From NCBI RefSeq assembly GCF_009914755.1, contig NC_060928.1: a DNA stretch of 64,000 nt. One strand, written 5' to 3'. The translations under genes and the position numbers were made by a program. The stretch comes from the human T2T-CHM13v2.0 reference genome, Homo sapiens. This document shows, in pieces, positions 40,610 to 54,200 of the stretch; the first letter of the stretch is position 1; the number at the start of each line of letters is the position of its first letter. The notes below the pieces were generated by a model. The model was not told the DNA's origin and made no database searches. It saw only the letters and a list, made by a program, of their open reading frames with translations.

Positions 40610-43179
40610 GTTTGTACCTTTAATAGAAATCAAACCACTTCTTTATTTTTCAGTAGTTTGAATAGAAGCCTTCTTTATTTCATAGTATCCAGTACACATT
40701 AGGCAAAAAAAGAGAAGAAAAAATTTAGTGGCATTTTTTGTTTGTTTGTTTTATACTAAAATTTCCCTTTGATATGTGTCTACCACATTCAGATTAACAT
40801 CTATTGAAAAATATACTACAGGACGCATTTGTAGGGTGTTTGTTTTGAAGAATAGTATAAAAATTTCCATAAATTTCTTATGCAACCACACATATTTTAA
40901 CTTGATGTTTTATTCTGCATTTACTTTTGAGCATCCTTAAGAATTTGTTAAAATGCAGAAATTATGCAGTATTGATTTCAGGAAAAATTGAAGTGGTTAC
41001 ACATGGTTGCCTTTGCCTTAAAATAAATCCTTATTTGGTTCTAACTTGAACAATATTGAAAGCACAACAAAACTAGCTTTTTATTATGTCACCACACATT
41101 TAGTGAGTTATGGAAAGCATTTTGTTTTAAGAATGGAGTTAACTATGTGTTATCCACGCTTCTAGCCATTCTTGTCACTCCTGGCTACTCTCCAAGCCTG
41201 CCTGTTATTCATACATATTTCTTCTTAGTAAGAAATGCATCAAAATCCCAGGAACATGTGCTGCTGACTGTTAGAAGAGTTTTAGTGGTGAGAGATTAAT
41301 GTAATTACTTTTGTTTGAGAAATATAATTGGTCACAGTTATATACATGTAGCTTATATGAGAAGTACATTCAGTTTTAAAACTCATTATGATTAATTTTA
41401 CTTTCCTTAAAAAATGAAACCAAAGAGAATCTAAAATGTGTATGCTTCTTTCATTCCTAATATTCCAGAATACTTAGATATTTTTATGTGAAGTAAATGC
41501 CCAGATATCTAAATAGATATAATATTATTTAAATTTAAGGTATAAACTTTTACATGACAAAATGCTTAATAGCCTATAATCTTAAAAACAGAATTATTCC
41601 AATTCCCATATTGTATGTTACTTCATCAAATATTACCATTATATCATGTTTCTTGTACTAAAGTGTTTCCTGTGAAATAACGTAATAAAATGGCCTTTAG
41701 TATGCATGATAATATTTAAATACGCATTTTCTAGTAAAATATAATGCTTATTCATTTTTTTCTTCTAGTTCTAAAGAAAAAAATGCACCAAATGCATACA
41801 CTTACTTTATGATAATTTCTGAAACTTAAGTAGAGTTTGGGCCTGCAACAGACTTGTGTTTTCTAGTAGTTATGTTTCATTCATGCAGGTGGTAGTGGTC
41901 CTATTAGTTTTCCTTAATAAGTCCCATATAGCTCTGGCCAGTCTTTCATAGAATGAGTTGGTAGGTCTTTCCTCCAAAGTTTGATTTCTCCCATTTTTTT
42001 CACATTGCAATTTCAAACTTTCAGTAATACCATCAAGATGAGATAGTAAACTATTATTAGAGTTACCACAAGTTTGAACAAAGTTGATTATACATCGCAA
42101 ACAAATAAATACTTAAAACCTTGTTCATAGAGATCAGGCCTTGCATACCTACATAGTCCAAACATTACATTCCTGACATTTAGAACATTTAAATGCAAAC
42201 TGTTCTTTGTTAGGGCTTTCTCATAACTGAAATATGAGTCACTTGCAAACCATAATAGATTTTGGCTCTGCTACATGATGAAGTGTTCTGGATGTCGTGA
42301 AACATTTCACCCAGACTTATGGCAGTAGAATTCCCAGTGGTCACCCAAAATAGGGAAAAAAATGAAGAACAAACTTAAAGGAAATATGCAGACTCTGGCA
42401 CCATCCTTTCGTGGCAATACAGCTCTTTACTGTTGTTAAGAAATGGAAATATTTAGAGCCTAAACCCATAAACTATAGTACAATTAGGCGTTGAATTTTT
42501 TTTTTGTTCCTAATTACGAAATTTAACTCTATACTTGATTCTCATGTTTAAGGTCAGGTCATAGAGTGTTTCTTTACACATCACCCTGATGCGGTCATAC
42601 TGAGTTGTCTCCCAGCACTGAGCTTCTCACTGCATTGTGGGCAAACTCATATTCCACACTCTACACTCATCTCAGGCAGGAAAGGTGGAGTTTTCCTTTT
42701 CAGGGCCAAAGGAAGCAACAGCTGAGGCGTGATGGTTGTACTGATATTGGTGTGGGTTTCAATTTGGTTAGTTTGCTTTCAATTTCAACTCCTCACTTGA
42801 GATTCCATACAGAAAAGTAAATGGTAGGCTTCCAGCATCTTGTTTCACTCTGGTGAATAAAAATTGTTTTGAATGTAAGATTAGAGTTTTTCCTTGCTTA
42901 ATTTTAGTAGTACCTACACAGCATAAACTGAGGCATCATTTAGCAAAATGTTATTGAGTTGACATCATAATGACCTATTAAGGGCAATACACATTTGAAT
43001 GAGCTCAGTTATTCTTCCAGGTTTACACGTGCCTTTCATGGTGTTTAGTGTAGCAGCTTTTGAAGCAGAGATGGGCAATGTGTAGGACCTTTTATTCCAG
43101 TCTCCTAAGTGGGAGATATTCTGAACAAAACATATTAAGGATATTTTTTCTGAAGTTTTTGAAATTTTAAGTCATGATT

Positions 43180-43984
43180 CACTTTTCAAAAGAAGACATT
43201 TATGTGGCCAACAAACATGAAAAAAAGCTCAACATCACTGATAATCAGAGAGATGCAAATCAAAACCACATGGAGATACCATCTCATGCCAGTCAGAATG
43301 GCGATTATTAAAAAGTCAGGAAACAATAGATGCTTCTGAGGCTGTGGAGAAATAAGAACACTTTTACACTGTTGGGGGTAATGTAAGTAAGTTTGACCAT
43401 TGTAGAAGACAATGGCAATTCCTCAAGGATCTAGAATCAGAAGTACCATTTGACCCAGCAATCCCATTACTGGGTATATACCCAAAGGAATATAAATCAT
43501 TCTGCTATAAAGACACATGCACATGTATGTTTACTGCAGCTCTATTTACAATAGCAAAGAAATGGATCCAACCCAAATGCCCATCAATGATAGACTAGAC
43601 AAAGAAAATGTGGTACATATACACCATGGAATACTATGCAGCCATAAAAAGGAATGAGATCATGTCCTTTTCAGGGAAATGGATGAAGCTGGAAGCCGTC
43701 ATCCTCAGCAAACTAACACAGGAACAGAAAACCATATACTGCATGCTCTCACTCATAAGTGGAAGTTGAACAATGAGAACACGTGGACACAGAGAAGGGA
43801 ACAACACACACCAAGGCTTGTTGGGGGCAGTGGGAGGCAAGGGGAGGGAAGTTGGAGGTTGGGTCAATCAGTGCAGCAAACCACCATGGCACATGTATAC
43901 CTATGCAACAAACCTACACATTCTGCCCATGTATCCTGTTTTTCTTTTTTAGAAGAAATGTTTTGTTTTAAAAGAAAAAAATAG
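43180..43984 (+). mobile_element. 5'-truncated L1PA (ORF2 end + 3'UTR, ~0.8 kb) with TSD
   Basis: cacttttcaaaagaagacatttatgtggccaacaaacatg...ccagcaatcccattactgggtatatacccaaagg...aaaccaccatggcacatgtatacc. TSD taagtcatgatt (43168-43179) / taagtcattatt (43985-43996). Confidence 0.92.
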
Positions 43985-46900
43985 TAAGTCATTATTATGA
44001 GTAGTTACTGAATTATCATAAAATATCATTTCATAACATAAAAATTATATATGATAGCATGTTCCCACACAAAAACTAGGAAATCAATAGGTTTGAATTG
44101 CTTTAAAATATCATTGTAATAGTGGATAACTTTGATTAATACATCTTTATATGCCAGTAGAATGCCTATGTTATTATTACATTTGCTGAATATGGGACTT
44201 TAATAAAAATGTAAAAATGACCTGGATTTGCTTAAAAACAGAAATATTTCTAGAGGAGAATTTACATGCTAGACATGGATAAGTTGTCAGAATGAGCAGA
44301 ACACATTATTGCTCTTGGAATCTCAGAATATAGAAGTCTCTAATTTAAGTAATATAAATGATCTTCAGTATCCTGAAGATATTTGCAATTACCTATGTTG
44401 GTAATATATAAACTTAAATCAGAGCTACAAAATACTATTATTGAAATAAATATTTCTGACAAAACTGTTACTTGCTTGTATTTAAAAGCAATCTTGATGG
44501 CATTATCTTAATATCTTTAGAGATAACACTTGTGAACTCTAAACATTATTTTTAGTGCAAAGTTTGTCATAATTTATGTGGTTTAAGTGACAATATTACA
44601 TGAGACAATTAATTTTGGAGTGTCAGTTCCACAAATCCAAAAAGTCAATAAAGTAAATAATTATTTTTGCCACTAAACAAAACAAAAAATTAAGCACTAT
44701 TTGCCTTGATGCATCAGGTGTTACTATTTTATAGTTTGTACAGTTTCTGTCTATCCTGCCAACTATTTAAATGTAAGCCATTCTGAAAATGGGTATTTAT
44801 ATGTTGCATCTTTTAAGAAAAAGAAATAGCTTTTTGTATACGTTTTAATAGTAATCACTTTCACTGATATTTACAGAGAATTTAACTATAGTTTCTTTAG
44901 TTGTAATACATACCTATTGTCTTTCTGCTGAATGTCTGTTTTCCAGTGGCATTGATAAGATGAACTCTCACAGATTATTTTATCTTAATATAAATATAAA
45001 AGAACCTAAAAATAGGCAAGAAGTGAATAAAATGTTTTTTAAAGTAGCCCATCGAATATTATTTTCATCAGAAATTATTTTCTTGTTGACATAAAATGCA
45101 TATTTTTTATGAAAGATCATTCTCTCTGTGCAAAGATCAGAGACATTGTGTCTTAGGCACATCATTCAGCTTGCTCCACAGCCCTGGCTGTCTCCACTAC
45201 TCTGGAAAAATCAGTGCCCTCGAGTAGGAGGCTTAACATTGTTTTTCTTAGATAAATCACTTGACATTTCAGTGCCTTAATTTTGACTCTCTGTAAAATA
45301 ACAGAAATGGAATGGAAATGGACTTGATGATATTTAACATTCCTACAAAAAGTATTAGTATGTTGACTTGCAAATGAATGGATTTCTGAACTTTCAGTGT
45401 ACTACAAATCCTACGGTCTCCCAAAAGAAAACAAAAGATTGTTTTTCTTCTTTATTTGAGAACCATTTTATGTAGATTGCAGGAAGGTTGTGAATTAAAA
45501 TATGTTTAGATTTTTTCATTCCGTTCATTAAGAAACATTTGATTTAAGCTGCAGAGAGGATATGCATTTAAGAATATGTTTAGAATTGTGGTTGAGGTGG
45601 CAACCACCATGCAATTATCAGTTTATTAACAGGGGAATGAACTCATAATGGACTTTGCTATTTTAGTCATTTCCTTTAACTTGAATATAATCTTCTACTT
45701 TCATAATATCAATTTAAATCGGGGAAATAGCATGTTTTATCATTAGATCCACAAATATATAATGGTTTGATATTAGCGATTGTTAGGTAATGATTGTTCC
45801 TTAGTTATGTAGTTGTATGCTGAAACATTTAAAAAATTAATCCCCATGTATAATAACATTCTTGATGTAGAGCAAAATAAAATGATAGACTGCATATTAT
45901 AAAAAAAAGAGAAAAGCATTATATTATTTTATGCACTATTCCCACAGAAATATTTTTTAGTTTTAAAATATCCATTTGACCCTTCAGCAAGCTGAATACC
46001 AGGGATTTTATTCCTTCAGCATAAAGTAATTTGGTAACAATATTTAAAGGCATATTTCTAACTTAAATTTTACTTTTATAAAATTACCAAAAGACAGATC
46101 ATTTGTGAACTAATTGGTTATTAGCTCCTTTAATCTCAGTCATGTGTTTGTCTCTAAATAAAATTATTTCATTTACCAGAGTTTCACTGCTCAGGGCTCA
46201 GGTGACTCAGTCAAGAAAGTCATTCTTGTGAAGCTACCTAAATGGTAACAACGGTAGTGGCAGTGGGTGATACCTTAGCTCAACCATTAGCTGCAGCTGA
46301 AGTGTTTATTGTAAGTCAAGCACAGATCTACCAACTACATTTCTTCTAATTGTAGCAGATGAAACCACACACATTTTTAAAGGACCAGATATCTAAGCAC
46401 AAAGGTCAACATTTGGTAGGCATGCAGAAAACGTGGAAGTGCCTTATCTTAACGGGATCATGAATCTTCATCTTTAAAGGGCAGTTTTTACAGATTTTCA
46501 GAATTGATACCTTAAGTTGTTCTGAACTTCAATTACAAAAGCTATTGCCAGATTGTGTTTTGTTTTTATTCAAAATGTAGCCACTCATGAAGAGAAACTT
46601 CTGAGTTTGAAATGTGATTTGTGTTTTTGCAAAATGTTTATTTGAATGCAATTTTACCTCCAGTCTAAACAAATGTAAAGATAAATGTAAAACACTAAGA
46701 GGGGCAATGCTGGCACTGAAAGCTTAACTATGTAGTAGTATTGGGTTTGTCCTTTAATTTTTACAACATATGCTTTTTTAGTTTAGAAATAATATTGTAG
46801 ACTTTTAAGATCTCAGAATTTTAAGCTAAACCACTAATAACAACTGTCTTCATTATTTAAAGTGATCTAAATTGTATAGAAATAAAAGGGTTTTAAGAAT

Positions 46901-47616
46901 TATAAAAATGTAGTTATTGTTTCCTGCTTTTTTCTCTAAACTTCTAATGTTCAATTCTTGTGTTTTATATAACGTTTTAAAATAAATCACACCAAACCTT
47001 AGTCTAAAGAAGGTATAGTAATGGTTGGTGTCAGATCTGAGAGTGAACCAAGCACATGTTAGGATTTAGAATCATCAAGATAAATAGTAACACCAATGGC
47101 AACAAGGAAGCAATTTAAAGACAAATTTCTGGAATCAAGATGTCAACAGTGTATTTTCCCAGGGATGACTGCTTCTGTTTGTAAATATTGCTATTAAAGT
47201 ACATCACCTATTTTCTACAAGGGATGCTGACTTGTCTTATTTTCTTTTATATATTTTGGTGACTAATACATACTTGTTATGTGACAGATTCTAAAATATT
47301 CAATGAATAAATGTTAGATTTAGTGACCACATCACATGTAAATGGGTTCAGAATCTTGCAATTCTTGGTAGATAAAACCATGGCACTAAGGATCTGGATA
47401 AGTGAAGAAATGGCAGGATAACACTTATCTATGCTAATGAGTTCAGATCTTCTCTCCTAGATAATTAAAACCCCAGGCTACTGAGATAACTTTGCCAAAC
47501 CATGCTGAAAGCTTTTCAGTTATATCTAAGGAACTGTGGAGTAGAGAAAAGGGAATGGGCAATTAAGGAAAAATATCTAGATTTTCAAGAAATGGAATAT
47601 GAAGTTATTCACTTTT

Positions 47617-47924
47617 CTTTTTTATTCTTTTTTGAGACAGAGTCTCACTCTGTCGCTGAGGCTGGAGTGCAGTGATGCCATCTTGGCTCACTGCAACCTC
47701 TGCATCCTGGGTTCAAGCGATTCTCCTGTCTCAGCCTCCTGAGTAGCTGGGATTACAGGTGCACGCCACCACGCCCAACTAATTTTTGTATTTTCAGTAG
47801 TGATGGGGTTTTGCCATGTTGGCCAGGCTGGTATTGAACTCAGGCTTGTCCTGACCTCAGGTGATTCCCCTGCCTAGGCCTCCCAAAGCGTTGGGATTAC
47901 AGGTGTGAACCACCGCGCCCGGCC
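47617..47924 (-). mobile_element. Alu (AluSx-like) with a ~9-nt internal insertion
   Basis: Antisense Alu. TSD ttattcactttt. The sequence reads gaactcaggcttgtcctgacctc versus consensus gaactcctgacctc. Confidence 0.95.
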
Positions 47925-48831
47925 ATTATTCACTTTTAGAATGACAAGATGACACTAATTTTGGGAAAGAGGATAGCCTGATTTATTAAATAAATGACCT
48001 ATGGAATTCTTACTAAAAATATAACTTTGCATATATCAGAATATAATGATGATGAAATGGTCTAGATCTGTATATACAACTGGTCTATATAGATTCATTC
48101 AAAAAGGTGTCGTTTTGAACTCAATAATATTTAACTAAATTTACTATCTCTACTAAAGCAAAAAGAAAGACTTTTCCGTATTTGAAATGACCAAAATCTC
48201 ACAGAGCATACGGGATCACAGACTTCTAGAGCACTATGTAGTGATCCCCTAGTTTAGTTTTTTAAAAAATTTTGACAGAGAGAGATTGATTAATAGTTAG
48301 TTAGTTCTTATGTAAGTGATCCAGATTCCAGATGTGAATGAAATGCACATTTATGAAAATATATTTGTATAGCTGTAGCATATATTTTAAAAACATGATT
48401 CATTATGTTTTTTTAACACACACGCATGAGACTGTGTAAGTTTTCTTTACTGACTGATTAGCTCTGTGGCACTAGGTCGTTCCTTACCACTGGACTTTCA
48501 TTAACTCACCTATCCAATGGGAGATAAAGTTCTTAGGTCATAGGGCTCTGCTGAGGTTTTTATATGTATATATGTGTGTGTAGGTGTGTATGTATCTACA
48601 TACACATATAACGTAAAAAAATCAGGTATGTTTATTAGTTATTTTATTAAAACTATTAAAATATAGAATTGGCTTGCTAAATTCATGGACCCACCAGTTA
48701 CACTGAGACATCTTTTAGGTATACTCAACTTGTTCCTAGTGTGTGACTCTGTTTCCTGATGTGCCTTTGATGGTCATATTTAATTGGTGTCAATCTAGAC
48801 CTTCCTTACGCTCAATTTGATGTTCTTCCCT

Positions 48832-48980
48832 GCACATACACACTTACATGCACACATTTACACACACCCACACATACTTACATAAACACACGTACATTTT
48901 TTCACAAAGACATTTACAAAATCATACATGCACACGCATGCATGCGAGCACACATGCACACACACACACCCCTAGCATGC
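48832..48980. repeat. Degenerate (CA)n / alternating purine-pyrimidine tract
   Basis: cacatacacac...catgcacacgcatgcatgcgagcacacatgcacacacacacac. Confidence 0.85.
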
Positions 48981-49207
48981 ACAAGGGTGGCTTGTTGCTT
49001 TCCCAATAAAGTCATAAGATTACAGATGAAAGACAATTTAGAATTTTTTAAAATTCTATGAATCTAAAAGTTCAGAGTTGAATTATGATGCATTCAGTTA
49101 CCTTTTATTTGTTATTTTTTCTTGTTTTAAGGACTATGCATATATATGCAAAAAATTTACGTGTATAAAGTGAAGATATTTAGTAATTTCTGAAGAACAT
49201 TCATTAC

Positions 49208-49222
49208 ATATATGTATGTGTA

Positions 49223-49259
<37 letters not shown>

Positions 49260-49280
49260 AATATGTATGTGTGTGTGTAT
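49208..49280. repeat. Compound (TG)n(TA)n microsatellite
   Basis: Directly visible. Confidence 0.9.
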
Positions 49281-49459
49281 TTCAAAGCTCTTCCCACATG
49301 AAAACTCAGTGTACATTCAGTATGTGCCAGTTGAACCTGTATGTGGGACTGGAATTCTGATTTTTAAAAATACCTTTTCTCAAAGCCTTTCTCTGGCTCT
49401 AAGAAGCTTCCAGATCTGTCCTAACAGCTTGAAAACCAAGATCTTGACTTTTTATAGAA

Positions 49460-49680
49460 TACTTCACTCTGTGCCAGAAACTGTGTTAAGCATTTTCTTT
49501 ACCTATATCATCAGGATTTAGTCTTCACAAAATACTCTAGGACACATATTATTATACTGATTTTAAAAGGATGGACTGAGGCTAAGAGAAATTAAGTGCC
49601 CGAGTTCATCTAGCTAATAAGTGTCAGACAGGAATTTGAAGTCTGGTCTCTCTAATTCTAAAACCCATGATATTTACAAC
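49460..49680. mobile_element. MIR relic
   Basis: ctgtgccagaaactgtgttaagcatttt...gactgaggctaagagaaattaagtgccc...ggaatttgaagtc. Confidence 0.6.
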
Positions 49681-51075
49681 CCTGCAAGGAAGTTGGAAAT
49701 GCATCTTCCAGGCTGCAGTTGTAGTTATTGTGGGCATTTCCTTAAAGGAAATGGTGTCGAGAATGGTTGTTGCTAGCCAAAATCAGAAGTGTCAGATTTC
49801 TAACTGCTGAGACTTGCCTGTCTTCACCATTCTCTGGACTCATTTGAGCCATTTGTTTTATGATCCACTCTTCTACTAAAAGGTGGAACTAGAGGTATAA
49901 CAATTATTTAGTACTTAATTTTATATATTGTTTTCTATTTTTATAAATTGCTCATTTATTTGTCTAGCTCTTGTATATTTCCCATTCATTCCTTTTCAGA
50001 GAATGATGACAGTCCTACTTACTGCCTCTCCCCTTCCCACAGCTTCCATTCTTCCTGGGAAAGGAGAAATCAGAATTATTTTGCTCTCCCCACTTCCTTC
50101 AGATTCATCCTTATCACTCATCACTGATGGAGTTTTTACAGCATAATTATAAAAGATGACATTTTATCCTATGACAAACATGCCCTGGTTATATCCTAAC
50201 TAAATGGATGGGTGGGTTTTTTAATTAAATGGATGACTTAATTTTGTGATCCAGCTGGGAAGATTTCAGTTTTATTAGCAGCTGTCTTTCCCCTTTTCTT
50301 ACCAGAACTTGAGCTATTAGCACCTAACTCAAAAGAGAAAATACAGAGTTTGAAGTTATTATTTTATACTTCACAAATCCTTTCTTCTAAACATTTTTTC
50401 TTAGGTGAGGAAGCAAACAAATAACTCTGGCTAGGATCTTTTAAACAAAGCTGTTAATATTTGCAACCTATATCCACATGACATCTGAAAGAAATGATGG
50501 CTTAGCTTTAGTCACAAATAGAGAGTGCTGATACGAGTGGAAATAGAAAGAAAAGATGTATTTTTCTTCCCATTAAAGGTTGAGCGTGGACTTTAAAGGG
50601 GGAAATTCTGAGTGATTCTTAAAACAACAGGTGAACTTTTTTATTTCCCCCAGACATTAGTTGCCAATATGTAAACATTTCAGCAAGAAATTTTATACCA
50701 CCTCCTCTGTTTGTCAGGCAGCATTTAATGGTTGAATGACAGACAGTGCTGAGCCTTGGCAGTTCCATAGTGATGTGCAAATCTGGGGATTAAAATGACA
50801 GTTAATCAGTGGACCTTTTCTAGTATAAACTCCATGGCCACTATTTAAAATCAGTTACTTATCAACAAGGCAGACGATTTTTATTTCAACTTTATGTTTT
50901 CGTGTAAAGATTTCACAACTTTTCCCTAGGGGTAGTTTCTGTTGTTTGGATGTTAGATGCAAAGGTTCCAATTCATTTTGGCAGTCTTGATTGTGTGGAT
51001 TCCTGGTAGTCATTTTAATTGGTATCTTGCAGACACGTGGGAGTCATTCACACATTGTTTCCTTTTTCTTTGTAG

Positions 51076-51207
51076 GTAGAAATAACACTTCAGGATATCA
51101 ATGACAATCCACCAGTATTTCCAACGGACATGCTGGATCTCACGGTAGAGGAGAACATTGGAGATGGCTCTAAGATTATGCAGCTGACAGCCATGGATGC
51201 TGATGAG
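51076..51207 (+). CDS. FAT4: Internal coding exon of protocadherin Fat 4 (132 nt, phase 0-0): VEITLQDINDNPPVFPTDMLDLTVEENIGDGSKIMQLTAMDADE
   Basis: Polypyrimidine tract and acceptor (cctttttctttgtag, AG at 51074-51075), 44 open codons, donor GAG|gtagct. It carries the cadherin Ca2+ motifs DINDNPP, xE and DxD. It has no ATG start, so the ORF track misses it. The gene name comes from recognising the peptide and the 132/262/351 exon-size pattern after a very large intron. Confidence 0.95.
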
Positions 51208-54200
51208 GTAGCTCAAGCATGTCTCTGAATTTGTGAAACTTCGTAGTGCAGTGATTTATCAAATTTCTAGGATATGTTGACTACTTTTATTACCCAATAA
51301 TTAAGGTTAAGCATGTGTGCTCCTTTCCAAAGAACATTAATTCTTGAAATGTAACATAAAAATGTTAAAAAAGAGATTACTATCAAGAGGTAATTTTCCT
51401 CTGATCAGCAATCCACAACTCACTTGCTGCTTGCACTTTAGGTTACTTAGCCAAATTATTTTTTTTCTTTAATAATAAAAATATCTAAAGAGGTATCTCT
51501 ATTTTATGCCATTATTATTCCCCTTTGCTATCTTATAGCAGCTAAGGATTGGTTTTTATTTTATTTGTAATTGTTAAAAGCAAATAATTTAAAACTACAG
51601 AATTTTAAGGTTTAGATTACTATTTTCTATATTTATATATTAAGTTCAGCTATGTAATTATTATGTTTCAAATGGCATGGAAACAAATACTTTGTGATTT
51701 GTATTTTTCTTATGAAAAAAACTCCATAGCTTATTTTCTCTTTACTGGGTAAGGAGTTTAACTAATGTTCTGGAGTTTAAGGAAGAGAAGTAACTTTCCA
51801 GACACCAGTATCTCCTTACCTCTTTCCCCTTAAGCCAAACCGAACACAGAACAGAGAATTTAATTTTCTTCCTCTCATCTAAACTCAGAAATATCAGAAA
51901 CTTGATTCCTGGCATATGAATCAGTGCTTTATAAATGTATTTCTGTAACCTTAAAAATTTAAATAAATAAATAATAAAATAATTTTAACTGCCAATACAG
52001 AAAGGTAATGACTTAGTCATTTATACATTTTGCCAAAATCTAACTATTACAAATGAACAAAATAAAGCATACACATTTAGGTAATTGCAATTTGCTATTA
52101 GAAAAGATACGATGTTTTATGTTTAGTACATTCTACTCAATTTTACAATGTGAAGTTCACACTTATTTCAAATTTAGCTAGCTTTAAAAGAGTTATCTGA
52201 CTTAATATTTCTATTGTTGATAGATATGTGATATCATTAGCCATAATTCAGTAAATATTTCATTTTCTTAAAGTTTATCATTGATAATATACATTTTGAT
52301 TTATCAATTCATAAAATTTCATTAACTCTTATTTGAAAGTAGCAGCAATAACAAAAAACTCATGTAATTGGCATAGGACAATTGACATCAAATAATTGAA
52401 ATTGTAATGACTATTTCATTGGTTATACTCTAAGAATAGAGCAAATAAAACTCATTTATTTGAAGTGATTTATTCTAATCACTTTAAAAGAATGAAGTAA
52501 TAATCATGTTAATTATAATAGATATTCTAATGGGATGGCTATTTACTCCATGGAATATTATAATTAGAGTGGGATTATTTAATAGGAATTACAGGAATCA
52601 CAGGTAGAATTGCATTTGGAAATTTAGTTGTTTTAATCATCATACTGCTCTCTTAAGAAATGGTTATTTCAGAGATTCCAACACTCACCCCTTTTAATAC
52701 TGTTCTCTTGATACTGTTATAATTTTATTTCCTTCCCAATATTTTCTCTTTAAGAATATTTCATGTAAGTATTAGTATAAATGCAATGCTGCCAGCATTC
52801 TTATTTTTCTCCATCTGACTTCCGTGTGTGTGTTTGTGTATGTGTGCACACACTTGCATTGCCTCCAAGTTCATCTTTTAAGCTATGTTTACCTTTATGA
52901 TGAGACTAGAGGAAGCCTAGGAAGGTCCTTATACATCTAGGTATTTAGACCAACACTGGTTTTTGTGAATTTTTATTTTATTTCTACTGAGCTTTGTTTT
53001 TTAAGTTTAAAAAAAAAATGTAAGTAACCTTGCAGGTGTTATCACTTAGACATGCTAGTTAAGAAAAATACAGAATGTAAAGTGATGATAGCTAGGATAT
53101 ATAAGAAGTACTTTTGAGATGAGACAGAGTAGGGTATTAGGGCCAGAAAAGTATAAGGCTATAATGTTGGAATGAACAAGAGAATTGGAGGGAAGGCTGT
53201 TAGCAATTCAAGGGTAGAGAGGGATGCTGACAATATGTATGAGGTGTGACTGTGCCTGAAGGCATAAAAATCACCACATTCTTATAACTCGATTTGTTTG
53301 TGTGTGAGTGTAGAAAGGCAGAGAGGATGGAAGGGAGTAACTAGGTGCACCTACAACATTAAAGGAAAGGGGGGCATTTCAGGAAAACTACAACCATTGT
53401 TTTTTAAAGAAAAAGCTCACAAAGTTGTTTGTCTTCTTAAATGCATTTTTCTCTTAAACAATTTAATAACGTTTTAATAACTGCTGACTGACTATAACTC
53501 TTGACACGAGGAACTCACATGTCTTTGGTTTCATATTAAGTAGAATGGCTGCCTATGGCATTTAGAATTTTGGGCTGTTTTCTTTTTGTTGTTGTTTTTA
53601 GTTGCTTATAATAAATATTAATGCTTTTAGATAAACCTTTGTTTTATTTTCTACTTTATTCTCAGCTCCTTACCTCTTAGCCAAATTTTGGGGAAAATAT
53701 TTTAAAAATTTTCTCTCTTTTCAAATCCTGGCTCTGTTTTCTTTCTTCATCTAGTTTGAGTAAGACTCGAGATTATGTAGGTCATCAGCCAATTGTGTAG
53801 ATTTTTAAAAATTATTTATATACTTTTCATTAATTACTTTACCTAACATATAAGTGTTAGTATGCTATAGGAACTCTTGTAGGGCACTGTAGAACAAAGC
53901 CTGGGTAAAGGAATTACAATTTTATAAAACAACATGTACATGTTGAACTTAATTTAGATATCATTTGAAATGTGTTGGATCAAGATTTACATGTTTCAGA
54001 AGCACATGATTCCGTTTGTCTCTTGTTCCCTTTTATAAACAGAATTATGCTAGTAATGGGCCAGGATACTCAAACTTTGCTTCGTGGTACCATACATGTT
54101 TTTGAAAATACTATTTAAGGTTCTAATATGCATTTGAAATTTATAGCTATTTACTTTTAGAATTCCTTCTATGTGCTTTTGTCTCTGTGGTTCATCCGGA

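Noticed and set aside
46203-46209. AP-1 site TGACTCA (also ~20215, ~20610)
   Set aside because: Single 7-mers are expected by chance in 64 kb.
51010-51216. Minus-strand 68-aa ORF
   Set aside because: Antisense shadow of the real FAT4 exon.
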